This document shows positions 1 through 10,695 of a stretch of DNA of 64,000 bases, in pieces. The stretch comes from Azolla caroliniana (Eukaryota; Plantae; Polypodiophyta). Made by a program: the position numbers and the translations under genes. The stretch is from the NCBI GenBank assembly GCA_043228905.1, contig JBHGNT010000004.1:9610001-9674000 (forward strand), in the 5' to 3' direction. The notes under the pieces were generated by a model, which saw nothing but the letters and a program-made list of their open reading frames with translations, searched no databases and was not told the DNA's origin. The stretch's first letter is position 1. Each line of letters opens with the position of its first letter.

Positions 1-1042
1 ACAAAATGAATTGCTTGTTTCTTCTCTAGCGTTGTTTTGCCATGGGAAAGAGAAGTTGAGATCTCAATTCAATCATTTAGTTCGATTGGGGATTGTACAT
101 TTGGAAGATGTGGTTGATAATGAATCTCAAAGGTTGTTAGATTTTGAAGATGCCAAGAGATGGTTATGTATTCACCCAAATTATGGATTTATTAGGGAGA
201 AATTACAAGAGATACCATTGTTGCAAGGATCTTTGCCATTGAAAACAAAATTTGCACCTTGGGTCGATTGGCGGTTACAAGATGGTGCACGCTTGTTACA
301 GGTCACTAGAAATATATTGTATCATCATGCCATGGCATCATTATCTTGGCTATCTCCTGAAGCAACAAAGTTGTGGAATGTATATAAGTCAGAGGCAAGG
401 TGGTGGAAAATATTACGTGGTTGGCATTCCCATCTACCATTTCGTGCAACAGTATTCATATGGAGAGTCATGATTGGTGGGCTCCCATTAGGTTCAGCCT
501 TAAAGAGACCAGGACTAGGGTCTAGCACTTGTTTCTTTTGCATTGTTCCATTGGAGGATAGTACACATAGGTTCATTAAATGTCCTATAACGTGTACCAT
601 TTGGAAGTTCTTATCCGCCATTTGGCAAGTTTTAGCCCGTTGTTGTTTGAGACCTCAACGATGGGTTTTTTCTCAATATGCTCAAAATGGATCAAATGAT
701 GAGATTGAGATATTGTTCTAATTTTTACGTTATTGGGGTCTACAACACAATTGGAATATGCATAATGCTTTCATGTTTGATAATAGACACGGGGTGGAAG
801 CCTATATAAAGAAGCTGAAAGGTATATTATCATGTGGATTTTTTGGATGTTAGCGCATGGGGGGATCATTTCCTCAAATGCTTATTCAAGTTTTTTAATA
901 GCATTACACAACGTTCCTCTCCCTACATAGGCATATGATAGGTAGAGGAGACTAAGAAATGTTGTAACTAAGTGGATTTTACATAAACTTAATATAATTA
1001 TGTGCTTTTACCCAAAAAGAAGAAGAGAAACAAACAAACAAA
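1..1042 (+). mobile_element. 3' end of an L1-clade LINE (ORF2 C-terminal zf-RVT region, degraded)
   Basis: ORF 11..721 has HLPFRATVFIWRVMIGGLPL...CFFC...EDSTHRFIKCP (CCHC zf-RVT). The reading frame decays after 721, and an A-rich tail lies at ~1014-1042. Confidence 0.85.
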
Positions 1043-1361
1043 GCTATATTAACGTCTTCGAAGGCCAAAATTGGCCCATGAGACAGTTGGTTTACAACAA
1101 AATGGGTATTTATCCAATTATCAAAACTAAAATAAAATAAAGTGAAAATAGAACTTAAGCTAAAAGAGTTCTAGTTACAAAACGTGGTATACGCTGTCGT
1201 GACGTGGCTCGTCCAAAAGCGTAGCATTGTGTAGACAAAAGATATCGTGAAGGTGAGGAAGGAATCACTAGGATTATGGACGGAAGGGATGAAAGAGTAG
1301 AGGTAGAGTAAATAGAGATCAACAAGATATGACAAGATAGGATATAGAATGATATTTGACA

Positions 1362-1397
1362 AACACGTTCGCGTTCACAAGTGGAAGGATTGCGCAT
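1362..1397 (+). repeat. Left terminal inverted repeat
   Basis: AACACGTTCGCGTTCACAAGTGGAAGGATTGCGCAT. Confidence 0.95.
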
Positions 1398-1742
1398 TCC
1401 ACTTGTAGAATCTTCTTAAAACGAAGCAAATACACCCTCTCTACAAAAATTGGATGCACTAGTATCACATGTTCCTCAACTTGATGAGAATTTGCAAATA
1501 TAAAAATACATGATAGATCTACGAGTGGAGATCAATGAAATCATGCAAGTTTAGACATGTTGATAAGTTAATGTAGGCAAAATAAAGTTCAACTATGGCT
1601 CAATATGGCACTATTGTGCGACAAGGGAAACACTAACTTAAAGACTTATATTAATTAGGTAAGTTTTACAAAAATATGAGGTGTACTTGTATCCATACTA
1701 ATAAAATGAGATATAATCTATACTTTGACCCATACGCGCATG

Positions 1743-2014
1743 TATGTAATTGTGGAAAATGTAGGATAGTGCACATTAGGATAAGTGATTGGAATAACTA
1801 ACTTATTAAAGTATTCAATACTTGTATTTAAAGTTGATCTAATCTATTGCTCAGTTTGTTCATATGAGATCAAACCATATGTGTATATAATTGTGCACAT
1901 TGTAAGGCAGTGAACTTTAGGATAATGTCGTGGAAATAACAAACCTATTAGGCTTTCATACCTGTATTTAAAATTGGTCTACTCTATTGCTTAGGTGATT
2001 CACACAAGATCAAA
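1743..2014. repeat. Diverged ~140-bp tandem duplication in the left subterminal region
   Basis: Both units follow taattgtg...taggataa...tgtatttaaa...ctattgct...agatcaaac. Confidence 0.65.
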
Positions 2015-2408
2015 CTCCGAACGATAACGCAACTGGAACCATTATCAACACACTACACAAACTAAGCAGCAATGGAATAGAAACATAATAGTTTTAACAA
2101 TAGAAGACAAAGATCCATAATAACAACATGGACAGTCATGGCAACAATTATAGGGCCATGTTCTGTTAAGGTTAGCTTGGACCAAAATCAGCCTCCATTT
2201 AAACTAGTTCATGTTTCTCCGTAAGTTTGGTAGTCAGCTATGCACGCGGTGAAACCAATGTCATAAATCTACTAATCAAGTATATAAAAATAAAATTGAA
2301 ACATATAGAAGATTATAAAGAATAGAATCCACTAGGTAAAACCCAATATTTGTATTAATAATGTGAAATCTTAACAAATCGTCAGTGTCATATTCTTCAT
2401 AGAGTCTA

Positions 2409-5400
2409 TTACATAGCAATCAATTCATCAACGTCATTTTCTTCATCATCTTGTGTAGAACTGTCTTCGGCTATACGTGCATTGGTTTCCCCTGTTAGCC
2501 GAGCCAACGAAATATCTTCTATAAGCTCATCATCAAGCTCTATTAGCTCCCCCGGTTCGCCGGCTAACGGAGGAATAGGCTCTCGCGAAGCAGGTTGAAA
2601 CCTTTCTGTATTGGCGAGGTTCTTTGCACCGACCTCCTCATCCTAGTCTGGGCACTCCCACAAAGCCTTAATCCGCATATTAATAAATATAACTTGGTCC
2701 TCGTCCTTCTCCAATGCAACTGTATTTCTAAACAGCTTCAATGCACATGCTGACGTAGTTCCTGTGATGTAAGTAACAAGAAGATTTAGTTGTCAAACGA
2801 AAAAAAAGTGATTGGTTATCTCAAGATCGTTACCCTAGTTCGAGGAATACCTGTGCCAGAAAAGAGATCTAATATCCAGTCTCCTTCGACAGAAAACATC
2901 TCGATCAAGCGCATCATAAGTCGTTGAGGTTTTTGGTATGGGTTGACAAGTCCCCGTTCTGTCGTGGTGACATGTCGCAATTTCCGAGTCACTGCTGGAT
3001 ATACCAACAGATTTGAACCTCCCACTTCATTAGAATGCTCTTTGATTCTCTGTTTCTTAATTTCATCGAAGTAGCCAACCGTTATGTATTCAATGGCATT
3101 AACGAACCGAAAAGTTGGCCCTCTATTTACATTGGTCTTGATCCTATAAAAAATAATACATCGAGTTAAGAATAGATTCAACAACCTTAAGAAATGCAAT
3201 ATAGTGAAAGACACCTATAAATAATCCTTACCATGCAAGGTTCTCGATGCCATGGCAACGAGATCTCAAAGCTTGAGCTACCGAGTACCCTTGGTCCATA
3301 CTATGAAAGACAACTATTCGCCACAAGGATGCGGTCGTTAGCTCAGCGAAATCCTTGACCATCTTCTCCAATTGTTTAAACCTAAACGGTTCATCGTCGT
3401 ATGATGACCCAGCCATTCGAAATCCGTAAGGAATATTCGCAATCATTAGCGTATATTCCTTCTTTGGCACCTTCTGGATCAAGTCGATGACATCACCGCA
3501 AACCACATTGTAGTAAAGATCTCTTGTAATATCTTTTTTGTGGCTAAATTTTTTAAAGGAGCCATCTTCCTCCATTTCGTACGCCTTGCCTAAGCGACGA
3601 TCCTTTTCTTTTCTGGCTCGTTCGAGATGTGCAAGGAAGGATGTAGGGAAATCGTGTATATCCTTAACTTCTCCTTGTTTCTTGCCTCGACACGGTTTCT
3701 AATAGAAGCAATAGGACATCAGGTATTATTATACAAGCTCTACATATGATGAAAGCGTAATGAAAAAACATGAATACTAACCCAATCCTTGAATGCAATA
3801 AAATACTCTGATAACGCCTTATACGAAGACGTTAGAGGATAATCCTCGGTCACTTGTTCCCAAGTTATACATCCAAGTTGTTTCATCATAACTTCTTGGA
3901 TCTTCATGTACACCTTATGACTGTAAAATTAGAAATCAAGATTAGAACTTTGAATTACACTAGATAGACTACAATTTCAGTATTTGAGGGACTTACTTAT
4001 TGAACTCAGTGACCATTTCTTCAAGGCTTAAATCTTTCGCCACAACCCGTGACAAAACCGACACAAGAAGCTGCTCGTCCTTAATACCTTGCATCGCTCT
4101 CCATAGAGACAGCTTCATGTCATCTGCCGCTTCTTCAATTGTCAAGTCAATTTTCTTGGCGGCTTGTGACTTTAACTCTAGTTGAGGGTCAACCCTACAT
4201 TTCTTTTGTCGTTGACCCTTTACCTCCTTATTCTCCCACATTGAGAAGATTTGATCTTGTAGGTCCCATACTTCTCCATCTCTAAACGCCAATTGAAACC
4301 AAGACTCATACTTTCGAAGACCATCGGACCTAACATTATCATCTACCACAATGCCGACTTCATGCAGACATTGACGTCGAAGGCCTGGATGTAACTTCAC
4401 ACCAAACTTTTGTTTCACATCTAAATACTCGTGGTGGAAGAACCGTATACGCTCAATGGACGACATTTTCTGCCTATAGTCATTATCATTATTATGGTCC
4501 CATGCCAACAGCTTAGCCTCTTCGGTTGTGAGCCCAACATAAATTTTGCACTCGGCATACTTGAAGAAGAAAGTGGTTGGATGTTCTCTCACAAGTTGCC
4601 AACGTGCCTCTGCTGAATGCGATCCACCAATGACAAAATAATTATATTGATCATGTTTTCTAATATCAAAATCTTCAATGGTTTCACATTCTTCAGGATC
4701 TACCATAACAATAAAAGGCACCACAGTGGCATGAGGATTAATTTTCATTTTTTTCTTGAGATTTTGAACATGCATGCGGTGAGGCTCTCTAATCTCAAGT
4801 GGTCTTCGACCTGTTTTTTCATCAATAGGGGGCCGATGGATGTGTGTTATAGGCAAATTAAATACTTGCCCTTTCCTGACCAACTTCCGTTGCATTAACT
4901 CTCTCCTTATTTTATTCTGCTCAGATGACAAAACACCCGAGGCCAGCTCAGCTCCTGGCGTCCCCTTATTATCCTCCTCTTCGTTTTCACTTGTTGAATC
5001 CGTATCCGACATTTTCGTTGTCTTCTTCTTTGCTGGTCTTGACTGGACTTTGGAAACCTTTTTTGTTGGCTTCAATGGGGAGGGCACTTCATCTCTTAGA
5101 GTTACATGGCCTTGTATATAAGGCCTCAAGGTAACAATAAGGTTTTGTGAGCTATCAAGTGCTTTTTTGAACACTTCTGGCCCACAAGATTCTTTTACTA
5201 AAAGGTCTTCTGAAAGGAACACTTTACGTACCCCCTTGGAGCACTCTATCATTACCAGTATGTTGGCCGAATCTGCATCTTCGTAGTCAAATCGTAGAAT
5301 ACGGCCATACATAAATGGGGTTTCCTTTCCAAGTTGCCCCTCACCCTTCTTCTTTGCAGTATACAATACGACTTTTTTCTTTGAGTCGACATATTGCATA

Positions 5401-6758
5401 CACCATTCCTTGTCCGTTAGATCTCGGTTAGGAAGGTCTTCACCTCCAGTAGCGGCGACAAGTTTCTTTTGGCTAACATCACTATGTGGCTGAGATTTTG
5501 TCTCTTCGTTAAAGAGAAGCTTTTTTCCTCTCTTCATGGTCTCTGGAGCTACCTTGGTCTGGGCTTCGATTGGAGAACCTTGTATGCGAAGCTTTATTTT
5601 CTTCACCGGTCGGTCCGACAGGTTTTCAAACGACCTATTTAAGAAAGTATATGCAAAAACATAAGTTAGGTAGTCACGTAGATTAAGGTTGTATATTAAC
5701 ATGAAGAACAGTTCCCAGGAGCAGTCCTATATTCAAAAATCTATTATAGGCAGGGCTATTCAACCTAGAAAATATATATCGTAATAAGTAAAAAGGGTTA
5801 TATATTCTTTTAAATAGTAGGTATGACTTATATAGATTCCAAACCTATATTGACGAGAATTTGCTATCGTAAAGGCAATTTGTGGATCATTTTCTACTAT
5901 TTTAAGCTAAAGTAGGTCATAAAACACCTATAATTAGAGCATGTTTTTTTTTAAAAGTAAGGTAAGCCAACATAAAAAGACTGATTTTGCCAGACAATTT
6001 GATATCTCTTTCTATCCCAAAATTATTTGTTACCCCAAAAATACAATTTTTCTCTCTCAAAGCCTTATTATATACATGAACTCGATACGGCGTTATCGAG
6101 TTCCTATTTAAAACCTACCCTTTAAACAGGAACTCGATACGGCGTATCGAGTTCGTGTTTAAAACCTACACTTTAAACAGGAACTCGATATGGCGTATCG
6201 AGTTCGTGTTTAAAACCTAAACTTTAAACAGGAACTCGATACGGCGTATCGAGTTCCTGTTTAAAATTCAAACTTTAAACAGGAACTCGATACGGCGTAT
6301 CGAGTTCGTGTTTAAAACCTACACTTTAAACAGGAACTCGATAACTCGATATGCCGTATCGAGTTCGTGTTTAAAGTGTAGGTTTTAAACACGAACTCGA
6401 TACGCTGTATCGAGTTCCTGTTTAAAATCCAAACTTTAAACATGAACTCGATACGCCGTATCGAGTTCCTGTCCTAAACCTACACTTTAAACAGGAACTC
6501 GATACGGTGTATCGAGTTCCTGTTTAAAGTGTAGGTTTTAAACAGGAACTCGATACGCTGTATCGAGTTCCTGTATAAAAAGCAAAATTAAATTATGAAC
6601 TCGATACGCCGTATCGAGTTCATGTATAAATATTTGTATTGTATACATGAACCCGATACGGGGTATCGAGTTCTTGAGAAACGAAACATATTTACAAAAA
6701 TGTCCACAGTGTCAGAGGCCTACCTGGAGTCCTTGCGCTCGATTCTCTTTGAAGACAT
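2409..6758 (-). CDS. Spliced ParB/Srx-like domain + N6A/N4C DNA methyltransferase (beta class), with one premature stop after the MTase domain
   Basis: Exons 6758-6724, 5634-3997, 3920-3782, 3698-3232, 3143-2851 and 2761-2409 are joined by GT-AG introns with matching phases (2925 nt). ParB-like motifs: PITHIHRP, PFIVMV, YFVIGGSHSAEA. MTase motifs: GDVIDLI, IANIPYG (motif IV), WIK, NPYQKPQRLMMRLI, DWILDLFSGTGTTSACA (motif I), ALEKD. An in-frame TAG lies at 2643-2645. Confidence 0.85.
6074..6675. repeat. Tandem array of 12 palindromes (~51-bp period) in intron 1 of the ParB-MTase gene
   Basis: The unit is TTTAAACAGGAACTCGATAC-NNN-GTATCGAGTTC(C/G)TGTTTAAA plus an 8-bp linker. Units start at 6121, 6172, 6223, 6274, 6325 and onward. 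Confidence 0.95.
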
Positions 6759-6883
6759 GTTTGATCGTGTGGAAGTGGAGGCGGAGATCGCGCTTTCGTG
6801 CTTTGTGCTCTGTGTGCTCTCTATGTTCTATGTGCTCTGTACGCTCTGTACGCTCTGGTGAGTGAAATATGACGAGGTCTTCC

Positions 6884-6891
6884 TATTTATA
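6884..6891 (-). promoter_or_regulatory. Putative TATA box of the ParB-MTase gene
   Basis: The minus strand reads CCTATAAATAGG about 125 bp upstream of the ATG at 6758. Confidence 0.6.
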
Positions 6892-7556
6892 GGGATTGAA
6901 CACATTGGTTAAAGTAACCATAGTCACCTTAACCAAGGTTGGTAACTTTGAGCATAGTTAGTTGGTAACCATAGTCACATTAACTAGAGTAACTTATGAT
7001 TGTATTAATGATTACAAAGTCAAACTACCATATTGATCAATCTTTTATAGTCATAACAACCTACAATGACTTCAAAGGTTATGAATGAGACAATGATAGA
7101 GGTTCATGAATGTACCAATGATTGATTACTAAAACCAACAATTTTTATGACTCTCAAATGTTGTGTATTAAAGATGTGGGCATAAATTAACCAATGATTG
7201 ATAAGTCTAATATTTAAAATGGTGAGCGTTAAAGAACCAATGAGTGAGACGTTCTATATCAAAATGGGTGCCATTAATTAGCCAATGATTTTAACATTAA
7301 TCCAACATATTCATGGCTTGTTAATGATTAGTTTTATATTTTACTTGATTTAACTTTATATAGATCTTGTTTATATAATAATTGATATTTTAGGTACAAT
7401 TACTTTATTAAAAATAATTTTTTGATGTATTGTATTAATAGAATATTACATAATATAGACATTCTATTGATTTGGCTTTTGTTTAGAGAGGAGGTTATTA
7501 GTTTTTTTCTTTCCCCTAAGCCCATAACTTAGAGAGCCCTATCTAGACCTTAAGCC

Positions 7557-10337
7557 ATGAGTGAAGATTCACCGTTCTCGATTGAAGAATATTGTTTGTC
7601 ATCAGACCCATCGTTTTCTACTGAAGAGTATTGTTTGTCATCAGAGTCACCATATTCAATTGAAGAATATTGTCTGTCGACCGACTCACCATATTCTATC
7701 GAAGAATATTGTCTGAGCTCATCTACAGGGAATGTAAATAATGACACATGTGAAGAGTTCTCTATTGAAGAATACGATATTAATAAAGATACCGAGAATG
7801 AAGGAAGTGCCCAGGAAACATTGAATAACATTGGCGATGGTCACAGCAAAGAATTAGACTGTAACAAGGTTACACCAACCTCTATGCAGGAAGAGAAATC
7901 TGGGAGCCCTATGCATATTAGAAGAATCCCACGAAGAATTCGTCTAGCTAGATTTAGCTTGGTGACATCAGATAAACAGATTGGATTTGATGTCAACAAA
8001 ATATGTTGTGCCCGTGGTTGTATGTCTATGATTGGAAAATCAAAGTTGCGAGAATTAAGGCGATACTATTTTTCGATGACTGGTGATGAGCAAGACACTT
8101 ACCTCGGGTCACATATGCAACTAGTATCTGACAAATGTACGGGGATCAAAGTATCATTCGAGTATTATATCTTCCATGCACAACAGATATATAGAGTTGC
8201 ATTCAAAATTGCGTTATGTGTTAGTAACATGCGGCTACATAGAGTACAACAACGTCTACTTAGCGGGGATCAGATGCTCAATTGTAAAGAGGTTCCAAGT
8301 ATGAAAGGTGCAATTGGAAGACTAGCTATTGGCTGGATGAAAACTTACTTTCAGTTAAATTGTGAAGTAATGCCCACTACAGGTAGGATGCATCTTTCTG
8401 ATAATTATACACGTCGGGAAGTTTATGATGTCTATCGATCTGATATGCTAGGCTCACGTAATAAGTCGATCACATATAGCCAATTCACAAGATTATGGAG
8501 AGCTCGGTTTTCAAATGTTATTATTCCTCGTAAAGTACGTATGGGGTATTGCTCCATTTGTGCAAATCTTAAAAGTTTGGCTAAAGGTGCAAAGACATCA
8601 ATGGAAAAGGATACGAGTAAGAAGTTACTACAAGAGCATCGTGAGGCACAATCCTTAGAACGAAGGAAGGCGATGCATGATAGAGAGAAGTGTTTGAAGA
8701 GGCCCGAACAATACATGTGCTTAATGATAGATGGCATGGACCAGAAGAAGACATGCTTGCCGCATATGCGGAGGCTCCCCAAAGATGTCAATGATGAGTG
8801 CCTTGTTCAAATGCACTTGGTGGGATGCTTGGCTTATAATAGGTCTGTTCGACCTCACGTCTTCATTACTTACCCCAATGTTCACAATGACCCTAACCTA
8901 ACAGTTACAGTGATTCACCGAGTTTTGATGTCTTGGGGACAACCTTTCCCCCCTGTTCTATACATTCAATTGGACAATACTGCTAGAGAGAACAAAAATT
9001 CAACTGTATTTGGCTATCTAAGTATGTTGGTCAACCTAGAATTGTTTAGGAAAGTGAAAGTCAATTTCCTTTTGGTTGGCCACACACATGACCATATAGA
9101 TCAGATGTTTAGCACATTCTCCAGACAGTTGTCTCGGCATGATGCTTTCACTTTACCTAAACTATTTGATGTCATTTGTGATGCTTATACACCACGCCCA
9201 AAAGTGTTACACTTGAAGGAGATATATGACTTTAAGAGATATATATTAGATGGGGGTGGTGGGAATGTTAAAGTGCTTGCTCAGTTAAACAATATAAGTT
9301 TCAATCACATTTTTTTGATAAAGAAAAATGGAATAAGTGGTTCTACACTTTTGTATGCCAAACAATATTCATCTTCTACAACATGGGAACCTGAAGGTGG
9401 TTGCCAGTTATTACTTTGTATGCCGAGTACAATTGTCCATGGAGCTAAGCAAATGCCAATTGAGAAGAAAGGACAGTTGCAGAGCGACTTGGTATCAGAA
9501 CAAAAACGGTCATGGCTCCAAGCCTTAGAAGAAAAAAGAAAGCATATTGAGGCCGCCAAGAAATATGCCGCACAACAAGACACATCATGGTGGGATGTAT
9601 TTTATAGTGATCAGAAAGAAATTATAGACAATTGTGTATCTGTTGATAATTGGAATTTGGAAACGCCATTCACATGGTCGTTGCAACATGATCGCGTAAA
9701 TAGAAGTCCAGAGCAACTAGTAAATGCGATTAATGACAGCTTGGTCCATCCACAACAAAGAGACATTTATGTGGGACCAAGGATGACCAAAGCAGCCGAA
9801 GCTAGATGGCAAGGAAATTTGCAAGAGCTCACCGCAGGGATGTTGATTGCAACGCCGGCTGATGAGAACTCACATGGCCACCAATTTTGGGTTGGTAAAA
9901 TTCTAGAAGTGTTAATGCATGAAATAGAAAACACAATCAAGTCTATAAATGTTCATTGGTACAACACTAGAAGTGCAAATGCTTTTACAGGTAAGTATAC
10001 ATTGGAGATGATTGAATGCCAAACAAGAAGGGGAGGTAGAAAGAGGAAGCGAAACATTCGTAACACCTCGACCCTTGATATCTCTGATGTGGATATCATC
10101 GTGTACGACTTCACACTTACAAAAGCCGGATGATTAAGGAAGTCAACAATAGATATAATAAAAGAAAAATTACCAGGTCTACAAGGTGGCTCGAGTCAAA
10201 GGCAAACGAGATCTGCTACATATAATCTAGAGTCAAACCATTTGGTTTATGACGAAGATAATGCACTGATTGTTACATCCGAGGATGATGAGGAGGAATC
10301 GTCATTGTATATTAGTTATAGTAGTGATTCTCCATAA
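7557..10337 (+). CDS. Sola1/DUF7869-type DDD transposase, with a probable premature TGA at 10131-10133
   Basis: The 858-aa ORF has CSIC, IDGMDQ, LYIQLDNTARENKN and FLLVGHTHDHIDQMFS motifs. The frame stays open past the TGA to a TAA at 10335-10337. The ORF lies inside the TIRs. Confidence 0.85.
7563..7722 (+). repeat. 39-bp (13-aa) tandem repeat at the transposase N-terminus
   Basis: DSPFSIEEYCLSS-like unit x4, plus a partial FSIEEY downstream. Confidence 0.85.
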
Positions 10338-10659
10338 AGGAGTGATCATGAATGTATATTTGGCTATTAAGTGTAACTACATTCCGCTTGTAACAAATCG
10401 AGTAATATAAAATCATGTGTTTTGAATTCTTATGATTTCTAAAAAATTGTTTCTTATAAAATAACATTGGTTGTGAAGTTTGTGATATAAATTGAGAATG
10501 TATCTTTTTGAAATTCGTCTTTTTTTAGTTACTTCTAAATCACGAAAATAGTGGATTTTTAACCTTTTTCATAGTATGTTTGAACATGTATGATACTGGT
10601 ATTAATGTGTTTTGTAAAATCATTGAAAAACCCCTAAAATCTCCCTTATCCTTCCATTT

Positions 10660-10695
10660 ATGCGCGATCCTTCCACTTGTGAACGCGAACGTGTT
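10660..10695 (-). repeat. Right terminal inverted repeat
   Basis: ATGCGCGATCCTTCCACTTGTGAACGCGAACGTGTT is the reverse complement of the left TIR with one mismatch. Confidence 0.95.

Larger units (their letters stand above)
1362..10695. mobile_element. Complete TIR DNA transposon (Sola1/DUF7869-like) carrying a ParB-methyltransferase gene
   Basis: TIRs at 1362-1397 and 10660-10695 match at 35/36 bp. A 4-bp TSD GACA lies at 1358-1361 and 10696-10699. Removing the element restores the host LTR (gatatttGACAgaataaaag). Confidence 0.93.

Noticed and set aside
3993-5702. ORF-track start MLIYNLNL... as the true N-terminus
   Set aside because: The first ~22 codons look like intron sequence. An acceptor at 5635 joins in frame to an upstream ATG exon at 6758-6724.
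6074-6675. CRISPR array
   Set aside because: The linkers are mostly only 8 bp and near-identical rather than unique spacers. There are no cas genes, and the array sits in a spliceosomal intron.
2409-6758. Bacterial contamination or a prophage as the source of the ParB-MTase
   Set aside because: The gene has five phase-consistent GT-AG introns and lies inside a TSD-flanked insertion in a plant LTR.
6595-6865. Small + strand ORFs next to the array
   Set aside because: They are translations of the repeat and of the antisense of exon 1/5' UTR, with no coding signature.
9070-9110. GHTHDH as an HUH endonuclease (Helitron/Replitron) motif
   Set aside because: The context QLDN...ENKN...GHTHxxIDQxFS, together with TIRs and a 4-bp TSD, fits a DDD transposase.
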